Virus record (IMG/VR): IMGVR_UViG_3300049982_000026
Span: 1-59,380 of that record
Origin: a virus
Taxonomy: Duplodnaviria > Caudoviricetes
Strand: one strand, 5' to 3'
DNA: 59,380 nucleotides
The notes below the pieces were generated by a model. That model saw only the letters and a list, made by a program, of their open reading frames with translations, searched no databases and was not told where the DNA came from. The position numbers and the translations under genes were made by a program. This document shows positions 16,581-25,328 of the stretch, in pieces (position 1 is the stretch's first letter; each line of letters begins with the position of its first letter).

Positions 16581-16653
16581 TGGCAGGAGTCGGACTCGAA
16601 CCGACAAACGCTGGGTTATGGGCCCAGTGTGCATTCCATCGCACCATCCTGCT
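16581..16653 (-). tRNA. tRNA-Met(CAU), initiator-like
   Basis: Cloverleaf; 1:72 mismatch (A/C); three G-C pairs at the bottom of the anticodon stem; loop CCCAUAA. Confidence 0.85.
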
Positions 16654-16954
16654 GCCGAGACCGATCCGAGGTCCCTGGATTCCCCTCAGGGGGTCCTACC
16701 GCCGGATCGATCTCTTCGGCCACCCTGGGGATGCAGGGAGCCTCGCGTTTCCCGCTACGGCTGGGTTTCCCGACGGTTCGTACGGGCGGGGCATCCATTC
16801 GGATCCGGCCCCGCGCTGACTTGCGCCCTTCCCAGTCTGTCGAGCGATGGGGGTTAGCCAACTCCCGGGAGCCGCTTCGCCCCTCACCGCTCTGTCTACG
16901 AGACTACCGGAGATGTCGTCGTACGTCAACATCCCGGAATGTCGTCGTTCGGCA

Positions 16955-18142
16955 TCATTGCCCGCGCGGCGCCAGGATCTGAAGGTCGCCGTACCGGAGT
17001 GCCTCGTTGCGGTCGAAGCGCAGCGTGAGCAGGCCAGCAGGCGTCTCCTCGCCGGAGCCGAAGCGGAACCACTGGCTGCCCGGGTCCATCGCCGGAGCCT
17101 GGATCGCCGTGCGGCAGCCGTACGTCACCGCGCTGAAGTGGTGGAAGTGACCGGAGAGGAGGATGTCGGACCCGGCGACCGGCTGCAGGCCGAACTCCTG
17201 GTTCTTCCACCACTCGACGGCCTTCTTCTGCGCGGTCGCGCCGGTGCGGAACATGTGACCGTGCGTCATGCCGACGTGGACCCCGCCGAGCTCGACCTGG
17301 ATCGACAGCTCCTCGTCAGGGATGTGCCACTCGAGCCCGTCGACCTGCGCCCGGCCGAAGACCTCACGGACGGCCTCGAAGGCAGCGACGTCGTCGTTGT
17401 CTCCAGGATTGGTGAAAGCCTTTCCGTCCGAGCGGTTCTCGCCATGGTTACCGGCTACAGTTGCCACGATGAACTCGTCGAACAGCGGGTGCAGCTCGTC
17501 GATGGCGTGCGTGACGAGCTCGCGGGTGATGCGGCTCTGCTCGCGGCGCGTCCGGTCGATGTTGAACTGCTGGGCCGGGTAGAAGCCGATACAACCCTCC
17601 ACCAGGTCGCCCAGGCCGAGCAGAGCGCCGGTTGGCATCTGGCGGCCGATGCGTCGGAGATCCTTGACACGTTGCTTGGCCATGTCGATGCTTTCCAGCA
17701 CCCGGTCGACCGTCTGGTCGGTCCCCTGGCCGCCCTCAGCCTTGCCGATCTGCCAGTCGGCCGCCACGACCGCGAAGGCGTCGCCGTCGGTTACCCGGCT
17801 CTTCGGAGCGGTCCGGCGCTTGCGGATGTGCTTGGTCAGGTCGTCGATGTGCGCCTGGACCAGCTCGCTCGACTCGCCGGCGACCACGTCGAACTTGAAG
17901 TAGTGCAGCCAGCGGCCGTCGTACGACATCCACTTCCGGGCCTGGATCGAGCCCTTGATCTGCCACTCGTCCGGGCTGAACCCGGCGCCGATCAGCAGGT
18001 CGCGCTTGGAGGCGTCCGGCGACGGAAGGCGCACGATTGCCTTGCCGATCTGATCCGTGTGCTCCGAATATGGCTGCCATCCGGCGGGGATCTTGTCGCC
18101 GCGCTGGTAGGCCTCCTCGAGGTCCTTCGATAGACCGGTCAC
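16955..18142 (-). CDS. Calcineurin-like metallophosphoesterase (Mre11-like nuclease family)
   Basis: ADWQIG, LGDLVEG, GNHGE, THGH, SGHFH motifs. Confidence 0.88.
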   Translation of the reverse strand: MTGLSKDLEEAYQRGDKIPAGWQPYSEHTDQIGKAIVRLPSPDASKRDLLIGAGFSPDEWQIKGSIQARKWMSYDGRWLHYFKFDVVAGESSELVQAHIDDLTKHIRKRRTAPKSRVTDGDAFAVVAADWQIGKAEGGQGTDQTVDRVLESIDMAKQRVKDLRRIGRQMPTGALLGLGDLVEGCIGFYPAQQFNIDRTRREQSRITRELVTHAIDELHPLFDEFIVATVAGNHGENRSDGKAFTNPGDNDDVAAFEAVREVFGRAQVDGLEWHIPDEELSIQVELGGVHVGMTHGHMFRTGATAQKKAVEWWKNQEFGLQPVAGSDILLSGHFHHFSAVTYGCRTAIQAPAMDPGSQWFRFGSGEETPAGLLTLRFDRNEALRYGDLQILAPRGQ

Positions 18143-18372
18143 TTGTGTCCCTCCAGTCGATGCAGACGGATGGACGGAACCCCGACCGCCACGCCGTTCT
18201 TCTGCAGAATGATGCTCAGACGCTTGGCGCCGATATTTGATGTGAGTGCTGTCCGCAACGATACCTGATCCTCGCGGTTCAAATGGGCCAGCGCCGTGCA
18301 AACGGTGCACTGGCGGCCGCGCGCCTGGGCGACCTTCACGGCCTGCGCCAGGTCGCTCTGCAGGCGGCTCAT
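18139..18372 (-). CDS. Small Zn-binding/HTH-like protein
   Basis: CTVC...SIRLHR; coupled to the phosphoesterase. Confidence 0.6.
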   Translation of the reverse strand: MSRLQSDLAQAVKVAQARGRQCTVCTALAHLNREDQVSLRTALTSNIGAKRLSIILQKNGVAVGVPSIRLHRLEGHK

Positions 18373-18707
18373 CGAGCCCGCCTCGGCGACGAGGTCAGGT
18401 GGTAGCCTTGACACGTGCAGGGCGCATCGCCCGGCTGCGGATACCACCGCTCCTCGACTACGGGAGACTGGAGGATCTCCCGGTTGATGAGTGCGCGACG
18501 GAGCGCCTCGGCTGCATCCTCGGGGTTGCCGTACCGGATCTTCCCCAGCGGGCAGTGACCTTCCGACTTGACCATCGGCAGCAGGGCCGGTCGCGGCTTC
18601 CCGGACAGGCCAGAGCTCGTGAGAGCGGGGACCTCGGGCGGCGCGTCAAACCAGATATTCCTGCGGGACTGCGGACGCTCGTTCGGGCGTCGGTTACGAC
18701 GGGGCAT
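18369..18707 (-). CDS. Hypothetical protein
   Basis: GGAGGT RBS; C..GKIRY...CTCQGYHLTS. Confidence 0.65.
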   Translation of the reverse strand: MPRRNRRPNERPQSRRNIWFDAPPEVPALTSSGLSGKPRPALLPMVKSEGHCPLGKIRYGNPEDAAEALRRALINREILQSPVVEERWYPQPGDAPCTCQGYHLTSSPRRAR

Positions 18708-18797
18708 AGCATACCTCCAAGTGTGGTAGTCTCGGTCTTGGCCAAGTGGAGCGTCCTCTCTCGCTCCTGGGCTTCCTGACTCCCGCTCCCTCGCTGG

Positions 18798-19223
18798 TCA
18801 CGAGGTTGAGCGGGAGTCTCTCTTTTCGTGCTCCTTGATGTCTTCGACGATCGCCTGACGCTGCTTCTCCGTGTATCCACCGTAGACGCCGTACTGCAGC
18901 GTCGGACCTTCCTGCAGGCCTCGGTCCAGGCAGAGGAGCCTGGCCTTCATCGGGCAGTCGGCCCAGCAGGCCTGGATCGCACGCCGGCGCAGGCGTCCAT
19001 CCTCGGTCTCCCGGCCGGACCCCGGGTCGATGAACCAGTGGTCGGGGTGGTGCTCCAGCCGGGCGGCCTTGGCGGCCTCGCGAGCGAAGGTCTTGTCGTA
19101 CTCGTCGGCGGCCGAATCCTCGACGGCGATGGCCTTCATCTCGCAGTGAGCTACCCACGCCTGGTGCCGCTCGAGGCTGATGGTGCTGTTCTGCATGCAC
19201 GGGGTTTCAGGGAAGCTGGTCAT
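18798..19223 (-). CDS. whiB: WhiB-family Fe-S transcription factor
   Basis: C...PDHWF...ACWADCP....CL...YGVYGGYTEKQR. Confidence 0.85.
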   Translation of the reverse strand: MTSFPETPCMQNSTISLERHQAWVAHCEMKAIAVEDSAADEYDKTFAREAAKAARLEHHPDHWFIDPGSGRETEDGRLRRRAIQACWADCPMKARLLCLDRGLQEGPTLQYGVYGGYTEKQRQAIVEDIKEHEKRDSRSTS

Positions 19224-19230
19224 GGCACCA

Positions 19231-19259
19231 AGTGTCGCTGACGGTGACGCCGATGTCAA
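19231..19259 (-). promoter_or_regulatory. Promoter giving a probably leaderless whiB mRNA
   Basis: TTGACA-17-GACACT, ATG 7 nt downstream, no SD. Confidence 0.65.
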
Positions 19260-19287
19260 TCCCCGACACCGGCGTCCGCCATGTGGA

Positions 19288-19536
19288 CTACTGCCACCAC
19301 TTCTTCTTGCGCTTGCCGGTCTGGAACTCCTTCTTCAGCTCAGCCTGCCGCTTCTTCGACCTCATCACGTACTCACCGTAGCCATCCTGGCCGCCGACGG
19401 GGTAGTACCACGTTCCGGTCCAGTGCTTCTGGTGCCGCCGGTGCTGCTTGTTGGTGCACTGCTCACCGGCGGTCATCTTCGCGCATTTCTTCCAGGACCC
19501 GGCCCACTTGCCGCGCTTGACGAAGTCGTCAGCCAC
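19288..19536 (-). CDS. Hypothetical basic protein
   Basis: Adjacent to neighbouring ORFs; codon bias. Confidence 0.55.
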   Translation of the reverse strand: MADDFVKRGKWAGSWKKCAKMTAGEQCTNKQHRRHQKHWTGTWYYPVGGQDGYGEYVMRSKKRQAELKKEFQTGKRKKKWWQ

Positions 19537-19538
19537 GG

Positions 19539-19832
19539 TCAGGCCCAGCCCTTCGCCTTCGCGATGTTCGACGCGAGACCGGCCGCCCCGATCGCGCTGG
19601 CCAGCAGGATCGCCGCACACAGGCTCGACCCCTCAGCCTTGGCGGCAGCCTTGCGCATGGCCCGCTTGTCCTGCCGGGCCTCGATGCGGCGGTCGACGTT
19701 CTGGTGCCGCTTGTCGCCGTTCCACTTCGAGCCGCGCCCGGTGATGAAGTCGGCCGCGTCGTGGCGGTGGTTGCTCTTCACGTCGGCGTTCCACTTGGCG
19801 TTCTTGTGCATCGGCGTTTCCCAGAAGCCCAT
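19539..19832 (-). CDS. Hypothetical protein with a C-terminal hydrophobic helix
   Basis: GGAG RBS. Confidence 0.6.
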   Translation of the reverse strand: MGFWETPMHKNAKWNADVKSNHRHDAADFITGRGSKWNGDKRHQNVDRRIEARQDKRAMRKAAAKAEGSSLCAAILLASAIGAAGLASNIAKAKGWA

Positions 19833-19977
19833 CAGCTATCTCCGTTCGCTTGTCGTTTCCACCAGGCCTCTTTGGCCTTGCGCTTGTCGATCGCTGCCCG
19901 GCTCTGATTCTTGCGACGCTGCCGCTCGATCGCGGCGTTCATCCGGGCGATCCGCTTCCGCTCCTTGTCGGAGTCGG

Positions 19978-20379
19978 TCACGACTCGCTCCAGCCGGTAA
20001 CCCCCTGCATCTTGAGGAGGTAGTCCTGGGTCAGCACGTTCATGCCGAGCCAGGTTGTCCGAAGGCCCTCGCCCATCGTCCGTACGACGTACGCCGTGGA
20101 GCCCTCGTTGTCGATGTAGGTGATGGTGGCCAGGACCTGCTGGATCATCGCCGCGTCCTCCGGCAGGCCCAGCGTGACCTCCTGAGCCGTCAGCCCCGAG
20201 TTGTCGGCGGACCGCTCGGCGTAGGCCTCGATGGCGAGCCTGGCGCGATCCATGGCAGCCTGGCGGTGGTAGGCGAGCGACGCCTTGTTCTGCGGAGCCA
20301 GCTCGTTCCAGTTGTCCGGCCAGAGCTCGGGGTACGCAGCCTTGGTGGCCGCCTCGAGGTTGGCGCTATTGTCGGTCAC
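19978..20379 (-). CDS. Hypothetical protein
   Basis: GTGA-coupled ORF. Confidence 0.65.
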   Translation of the reverse strand: MTDNSANLEAATKAAYPELWPDNWNELAPQNKASLAYHRQAAMDRARLAIEAYAERSADNSGLTAQEVTLGLPEDAAMIQQVLATITYIDNEGSTAYVVRTMGEGLRTTWLGMNVLTQDYLLKMQGVTGWSES

Positions 20380-20645
20380 TTGCCCATCCTCTCTCGGGCG
20401 GCGCGCTGGCGCTCGGCACGCTCGCGCATCACGTCCTCGACGGCCGCGTTGACGTCGGTATCGAACACGGCGGCGGCGGTAGCCTTGGCGGTCGCGGCGG
20501 CGAACTCAGCAGCGGCCAGGGCGGCGTAGTACTGCTTGTCGTTCGGCATCACGCCCCAGGCCTGCGCTCGTGTCAGGTTCCAGTTGCCGTTGGCGATGTG
20601 CTCGGCGACGTCGGGGTTGTACGGGACGTACGGCTTGTCGGACAT
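20376..20645 (-). CDS. Hypothetical protein
   Basis: AGGAGG RBS, TGATG coupling. Confidence 0.7.
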   Translation of the reverse strand: MSDKPYVPYNPDVAEHIANGNWNLTRAQAWGVMPNDKQYYAALAAAEFAAATAKATAAAVFDTDVNAAVEDVMRERAERQRAARERMGK

Positions 20646-21001
20646 CAGGCCTCCTTGACCTCGGTGATGGTCGGGAACATGCTCAGGAAGCCGTTCCGCC
20701 AGCCGTGGTACGTGATCTCATACCGGTGGCCGTTCTGCAGCGCGCCGAAGGTGTCGGCCGAGCGGAACTTGCCCTTGATCAGTGAGTCGCCAACCTCGAA
20801 GGTGCCACACTCCTGCGTGTAAACGAGCATCTGCACCTCCCGCTTGCCGTCCCGGTCGTGCGACACGTTCCGGTTCTTGTCGGTGACGGTGCAGGTCTTG
20901 GTCGTGTCGTCGTAGTAGTTCGTGGCCATCAGGCCAACCGGCACGGCGATGACGCCAAGCGCGCCGACGATGATCCCTGCGGCTGCGATGTTGCTGTTCA
21001 C
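20645..21001 (-). CDS. Membrane-anchored/secreted protein (DUF1523-like OB fold, tentative)
   Basis: TM helix then CTVTDK...VYTQECGTFEVGDS...GWRNGFLSMFPTI. Confidence 0.65.
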   Translation of the reverse strand: MNSNIAAAGIIVGALGVIAVPVGLMATNYYDDTTKTCTVTDKNRNVSHDRDGKREVQMLVYTQECGTFEVGDSLIKGKFRSADTFGALQNGHRYEITYHGWRNGFLSMFPTITEVKEA

Positions 21002-21445
21002 TCAGGCCTCCTTGATGTAGCTGTTGAGGGTGGCGCTGTTCTTCAGCCCGCCCACGGTCTTGGCGCCCAGGTGCTCCGGGTGCCGGTCCTTCTTCGCCTT
21101 GGTTGCGACGACCTCGCCCTCGACGGCTGGCCAGAGCTGCGCGCCGGCGAACTTGTACTTCCCGTCGGCGCCATCCTTGGTCCACAGCTTGCGGTGCCAG
21201 GTCGCCCGGAAGCGCCGCTCGTGCAGTCGGCCGGTGACGGCGATCATCTCGCAGATCTGGACGTCATCCTCGGCGGGCGCATCCTCGTCGTCATCCTTGC
21301 CACTCACCCACGGTCCGCGTGAGTAGTAGGCCCGCACCGCGAAGCCCGCCTTCCGTGCCGCGTTCGCGACGGCCTTAGCGCCTCCCGGAGTCTCGTCCGG
21401 TTCGGCGGCACGCCAGGGGACGATCGCGGCAAAGTCAATCGGCAC
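21002..21445 (-). CDS. Hypothetical protein
   Basis: GGAGG RBS, codon bias. Confidence 0.65.
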   Translation of the reverse strand: MPIDFAAIVPWRAAEPDETPGGAKAVANAARKAGFAVRAYYSRGPWVSGKDDDEDAPAEDDVQICEMIAVTGRLHERRFRATWHRKLWTKDGADGKYKFAGAQLWPAVEGEVVATKAKKDRHPEHLGAKTVGGLKNSATLNSYIKEA

Positions 21446-21446
21446 G

Positions 21447-21725
21447 TCAGAGCCTCCATCCCGGGTTCACGAAGGTCCGCTGGTTGGCGGCCTGCTGTCG
21501 GTACCAGTCGTCCATCTTCGCTCGGTGAGACCGCTCGGAGCGGACTCGCTGGCTGCGGTTCAGCCACTTCGTCAGCAGGACCAACGCCACGATGATGCCG
21601 ACGAACACGCCCAGCGGCGGGAAGATCGCGATGGTGAAGATCACGACCGCGCCAGTGAGGAGCATCCCGCCACTAACGCCGCCGATCGTCGCCGGGCCCA
21701 GGCGTGGCTGGCCGGACGGCTTCAC
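21447..21725 (-). CDS. Membrane protein
   Basis: Two hydrophobic segments. Confidence 0.65.
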   Translation of the reverse strand: MKPSGQPRLGPATIGGVSGGMLLTGAVVIFTIAIFPPLGVFVGIIVALVLLTKWLNRSQRVRSERSHRAKMDDWYRQQAANQRTFVNPGWRL

Positions 21726-21892
21726 TTGCCCACCCGCCGCAGCCCGTGCTTGGTCGGCTCGACGTCCGGTGCCTCGGTCACGGTGATGTCCTCGAGGAAG
21801 ATCTCGCGCCGGATCAGGTCGGCGACCCGCTCCAGCTTCTGGCTCTCGTGGACCCGCAGGTACCCGGTCACCTTGACGTATCGGTCAGCCAT
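21722..21892 (-). CDS. Hypothetical protein
   Basis: GGAGG RBS; fills the gap with a coupled stop. Confidence 0.55.
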   Translation of the reverse strand: MADRYVKVTGYLRVHESQKLERVADLIRREIFLEDITVTEAPDVEPTKHGLRRVGK

Positions 21893-22096
21893 TCAGCCTC
21901 CGTTCCGCGCCGCGTAGGCGGCCTTGTTGACTTCGTTCTGCCGTTCGGCACAAAGCCACACTAGGCGGGGTTGACCGTTACCGTCAAGACCTCGACGCCA
22001 CTGACGATGCTCACAGTCTCGATCGTGATGCTCGCAGTGCTGGACGCTGGTTGCGATGTCCTTGCTGCGGGGTCGTCCTCGCTTGGCGGGTTCCAT
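21893..22096 (-). CDS. Small basic Cys/His protein (KRGRPR AT-hook-like)
   Basis: GAGGGG RBS; overlaps the upstream ORF. Confidence 0.5.
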   Translation of the reverse strand: MEPAKRGRPRSKDIATSVQHCEHHDRDCEHRQWRRGLDGNGQPRLVWLCAERQNEVNKAAYAARNGG

Positions 22097-22299
22097 ATGC
22101 CCCTCGCTTTCTCGTAGCGCGCTCGGTTCACGAGCGACACGTCGTATGCCTCGATTGATCGGCGGATGCCGGCGTTCCATTCGGCGTAGAGCTGGCCGAG
22201 GGTGGAGCTCGTATCCGCCACGTCGCGCCAGATCGTCCGGCTGCGTGGTCGCCAGGCCGCCAGGGCCGCCCGGTCGTAGAAGACGAGCTCCCCCTCCAT
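21961..22299 (-). CDS. Hypothetical protein
   Basis: GGAGG RBS, TGATG coupling. Confidence 0.5.
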   Translation of the reverse strand: MEGELVFYDRAALAAWRPRSRTIWRDVADTSSTLGQLYAEWNAGIRRSIEAYDVSLVNRARYEKARGIWNPPSEDDPAARTSQPASSTASITIETVSIVSGVEVLTVTVNPA

Positions 22300-22559
22300 C
22301 AGCCCTCCAGCAGCTTCTTGATCGCCAGGCCGAAGTCCTTCGCGATCATCTGCCGGGCCTCGTCCGGGTCCTCGGCGAAGTCCTTCGGTCGCTGCGTGAA
22401 CGAGTGCCAGTCGGCGTCGTACGTGCGCTCCATGACCACCACGCCGCCGACCTCGACGGTCGCGAGCCAGGTGTTGCCCTCGTTGCGCTCCGGGCCGGGC
22501 TGGTACTTGACCTCGATGTCGATGACCGGCGCCGGGAGCTCGATGTGGTAGCTGCCCAT
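22299..22559 (-). CDS. Hypothetical protein
   Basis: TGATG-coupled. Confidence 0.65.
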   Translation of the reverse strand: MGSYHIELPAPVIDIEVKYQPGPERNEGNTWLATVEVGGVVVMERTYDADWHSFTQRPKDFAEDPDEARQMIAKDFGLAIKKLLEG

Positions 22560-23026
22560 CAGAACTCCACGACCCACTCGGTCTGGACCTGGACGGTCAA
22601 CGGGTCACCGAGCGCCCGGATGTTACTCCAGCCGGTACGGTCGCCGCCGACGGTCTCCAGCTCGATGTAGGCCTGGGAGTTGGCTGTGACGACCTTGGCG
22701 ATCGGGCTGTTGCGCCACGGTTCGGCCATGCTCGGCTCGCCGGGGATCCGGTAGTACTGGCCGACCTTGACCTCCGGCAGCGGCTTCTGTTTGAGTACGG
22801 CGTCGATGCGGCGCGTACCGTTCGGACCGGGGTAGAACCGCAGGTCGTGCGTCTCGCCCAGCCAGGTCAGCGCCAGCTCGCGGCGGTCCCGCTCGGACAA
22901 GATGACGTAGCGGCCGTTGCCCGACTGGTCGGTCACGGCGACCCGGCCGTCGCTGGGCCGGTAGCTCAGCTTGTTGCCGGTCTCGGTGAGGTGGCTGCAC
23001 TTGTAGGTGATGTCGTTCAGGCTCAT
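22559..23026 (-). CDS. Hypothetical protein
   Basis: GGAGGT RBS. Confidence 0.7.
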   Translation of the reverse strand: MSLNDITYKCSHLTETGNKLSYRPSDGRVAVTDQSGNGRYVILSERDRRELALTWLGETHDLRFYPGPNGTRRIDAVLKQKPLPEVKVGQYYRIPGEPSMAEPWRNSPIAKVVTANSQAYIELETVGGDRTGWSNIRALGDPLTVQVQTEWVVEF

Positions 23027-23029
23027 GTG

Positions 23030-23230
23030 TTACCTCCAGGTCGCGAGGATCAGCTCGCCGTCGCCAGCGGCGTGGCGGCCGCCGTGGTTCTTGTGTCGCG
23101 TGCAGACCAGAGTGGTCTCACGCCAGGCTCCCTCGCGCTTGCCGGAGCGCATGTCCATGCACGCCGTACCGGCCTCGAGGTAGCGTCGTCCGATGTGGTC
23201 CCGGACCGGCAGGATCAGCCAGTCCATCAC
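23030..23230 (-). CDS. Hypothetical Cys/His protein
   Basis: C...CTRHKNHGGRHAAG...ATW. Confidence 0.6.
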   Translation of the reverse strand: MMDWLILPVRDHIGRRYLEAGTACMDMRSGKREGAWRETTLVCTRHKNHGGRHAAGDGELILATWR

Positions 23231-23421
23231 TTGCCCTGGTTCCGGCGGCGCTGTTCGCGCTTGGCCCGCTGCTTGGCGAGCTCATCCTTGGCCCGCTTCT
23301 CGTTGACCGCCTTCTGGGCGGCCGCGATGTCCTTGAGGTCCTTGGCCGCCTTCGCCTTGGCTTTGGCCTTGTCCTTCTCACGCTTCAGGCGGGCGCGCTT
23401 CTGCAGCCAGCTCTCAGCCAC
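23227..23421 (-). CDS. Small Lys/Arg-rich helical protein
   Basis: AAGGAGG RBS. Confidence 0.65.
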   Translation of the reverse strand: MAESWLQKRARLKREKDKAKAKAKAAKDLKDIAAAQKAVNEKRAKDELAKQRAKREQRRRNQGK

Positions 23422-23674
23422 GGTTCCTCCTTCGGTTGTCGAGCCGTCGGGCTCGTTCGATCTGTGGTCGGAAGTCCTTGACCCGCACGACGTTGACGTC
23501 CTCGTCGCTTTCGATCATCAGGATCGTGCGGAGTCCGGTTCGGTCGTCGGTGTGCAGTGTGGTCCACCCGAGTGCCGGACGACCAGGCGCGATGAAGTCG
23601 ACGGTGTAGTGCGACCCCTTGTAGACGATGGTCTCGCCGGGCTTGATCGCCCAGGGCTTGGCGGTGGTCAGCAC
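23414..23674 (-). CDS. Hypothetical protein
   Basis: Coupled ORF. Confidence 0.55.
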   Translation of the reverse strand: MLTTAKPWAIKPGETIVYKGSHYTVDFIAPGRPALGWTTLHTDDRTGLRTILMIESDEDVNVVRVKDFRPQIERARRLDNRRRNRG

Positions 23675-24438
23675 GTCACACCGTTCCGCTCCAGCGTGCC
23701 CATCCAGCCGTCCTCGATGCCGTCGAGCTCCTGCTGGAGGTAGACGCCGATGTACTGGGCGTACTGTCGCGGCGCGCACTCCCGCAGGCCGTCGCGGTTC
23801 ATCCAGGGCAGGTTCAGGTCCCGCCGGACGTAGTCGACCTGCTGGAAGTTGCCGACCGCGTGGTAGAAGTCGCCCTCCTTGAGCGCTCGGCCCATCTTGA
23901 CCGTGCGGCGCTCGTGATCGCGGTGTTCCATCCGCTCGATGCCCGACCAGTTGCCGAACTCGAAGAGGCGATGACGGTAGGTATGCAGGCCGAAATCGGC
24001 GCCGCACAGCGTGACCGTGTTGAACATCTCCGCACGGGCGCCCTCGACGTTCTCAATGATGTACGGCACCCCGGCCAGCTTCAGCGCGTCGCGGGTCGGC
24101 CCGATCAGGCGCGGGAAGTCGTTGCTGACGATGCGCTGCGTGAGCGAGTAGTCCTGGCACGGCGGGCTCGCGCTGATCGCGTCGAACCAGTGGCCGTACG
24201 ACCGGATGAACTCGACGGCGTCGTGCTGGACGATGTAGTCGCCGACGTAGCGTTTCAACGCCTTGTAGTCGATGTCGACCCCGAGGACATAGAAGCCCGC
24301 GTCCTGGTAGCCCGAGGTCATCGCGCCCTGGCAGCAGAACGCATCCAGCAGGAGTCGCTTGCCCTCCAGGTCGGCGACGTAGCGGGCGTAAGTCAGGAGC
24401 TCGATGATGTCCTCGTGGCTCAGCTCGTACTCGGTCAT
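23668..24438 (-). CDS. DNA cytosine-C5 methyltransferase
   Basis: LDAFCCQG motif I, GVDI, ASPPCQ catalytic motif, IENV, RHRLF. Confidence 0.88.
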   Translation of the reverse strand: MTEYELSHEDIIELLTYARYVADLEGKRLLLDAFCCQGAMTSGYQDAGFYVLGVDIDYKALKRYVGDYIVQHDAVEFIRSYGHWFDAISASPPCQDYSLTQRIVSNDFPRLIGPTRDALKLAGVPYIIENVEGARAEMFNTVTLCGADFGLHTYRHRLFEFGNWSGIERMEHRDHERRTVKMGRALKEGDFYHAVGNFQQVDYVRRDLNLPWMNRDGLRECAPRQYAQYIGVYLQQELDGIEDGWMGTLERNGVTC

Positions 24439-24480
24439 GGTCAAGTCCTTTCGTAGTTTGTGACTGACTCGGCCCTGCAC

Positions 24481-24509
24481 ACAATACGCCCCGTGACGCA
24501 TGTGTGCAA
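24481..24509 (-). promoter_or_regulatory. Promoter upstream of the methyltransferase
   Basis: TTGCAC-17-TATTGT. Confidence 0.6.
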
Positions 24510-24526
24510 GACCCAACCTGTCGGGG

Positions 24527-24661
24527 TTAGTTCGGGCGCGCTGCCTCGGCGGCGGCGCGGCGGGACTCCTTGAGTCCGTAGGGGTCGTTCGTCTTCAGTT
24601 TGTGCACGATCAGCACCACCACGATCCCGAGGATCGTGGTGCCGGCGAGGAACAGGCTCAT
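24527..24661 (-). CDS. Small membrane protein
   Basis: ATGA-coupled, one TM helix. Confidence 0.55.
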   Translation of the reverse strand: MSLFLAGTTILGIVVVLIVHKLKTNDPYGLKESRRAAAEAARPN

Positions 24662-25041
24662 CGGCGGCCTCGGATCGTCACGGTCTCGGTGACCTCCTCG
24701 TAGAGCTCGTCGACCAGCACCGTGCGCTTGGTCCCACGCGGCTCCGGGTCGCTCGCCCAGGCGCACAGGGTGGCCAGGTTGACGGCCGCCACCGGCTTGC
24801 CCTCCTTGCGGAAGACGACGTACCGCTCGACCATCTCCAGCGGGTAGCTGCGCTGCGGCTCATTGGGCCAGAACCCCGCGTTGTCGAAGCTGCGACCGTA
24901 CAGTCGTACGTCGACCTCCTGCTCGTCGGGCTCATGCCAGTCGGCGCGGACGCCGAGCTCCTTGGAGAGCTCCACGAACTCGTCGCGGGTGTGAATCTGC
25001 CGGAGCGGCTTCGGGTCCGGCGGCGGGGTGGGTGTGTTCAC
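24658..25041 (-). CDS. Hypothetical protein
   Basis: AGGAGG RBS; LGVRADWHEPDEQEV...VAAVNLATLCAWA. Confidence 0.7.
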   Translation of the reverse strand: MNTPTPPPDPKPLRQIHTRDEFVELSKELGVRADWHEPDEQEVDVRLYGRSFDNAGFWPNEPQRSYPLEMVERYVVFRKEGKPVAAVNLATLCAWASDPEPRGTKRTVLVDELYEEVTETVTIRGRR

Positions 25042-25328
25042 TCGACCTCCTTGATGTACTCGATCGCGATGATGTGGTCGACGCGCACGCCGACCTCGTC
25101 TTCCATGTTGTAGAGCTTCGGCTCGCTGGCCGTCGGCATCGTCTTCCACTTGCCCGTGATCCAGGCGGTGACGCCGTCGTGGCTCATCTGTAGCTGTCCG
25201 GCGTACGCCTTGCCTGTGGTCAGCGTGACCTCGATGACGTCGCCGTTCCAGGTCTCCAGCATGTCCTCGAAGCTGTTGAGCTTGCGCGGCTTGCCGGTGT
25301 CGGCGTGCGGGTATCCTGCGGTGGTCAT
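25038..25328 (-). CDS. Hypothetical protein (Sm-like beta pattern, tentative)
   Basis: GGAGG RBS; VIEVTLTTGKAYAGQL...VRVDHIIAIEY. Confidence 0.6.
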   Translation of the reverse strand: MTTAGYPHADTGKPRKLNSFEDMLETWNGDVIEVTLTTGKAYAGQLQMSHDGVTAWITGKWKTMPTASEPKLYNMEDEVGVRVDHIIAIEYIKEVE

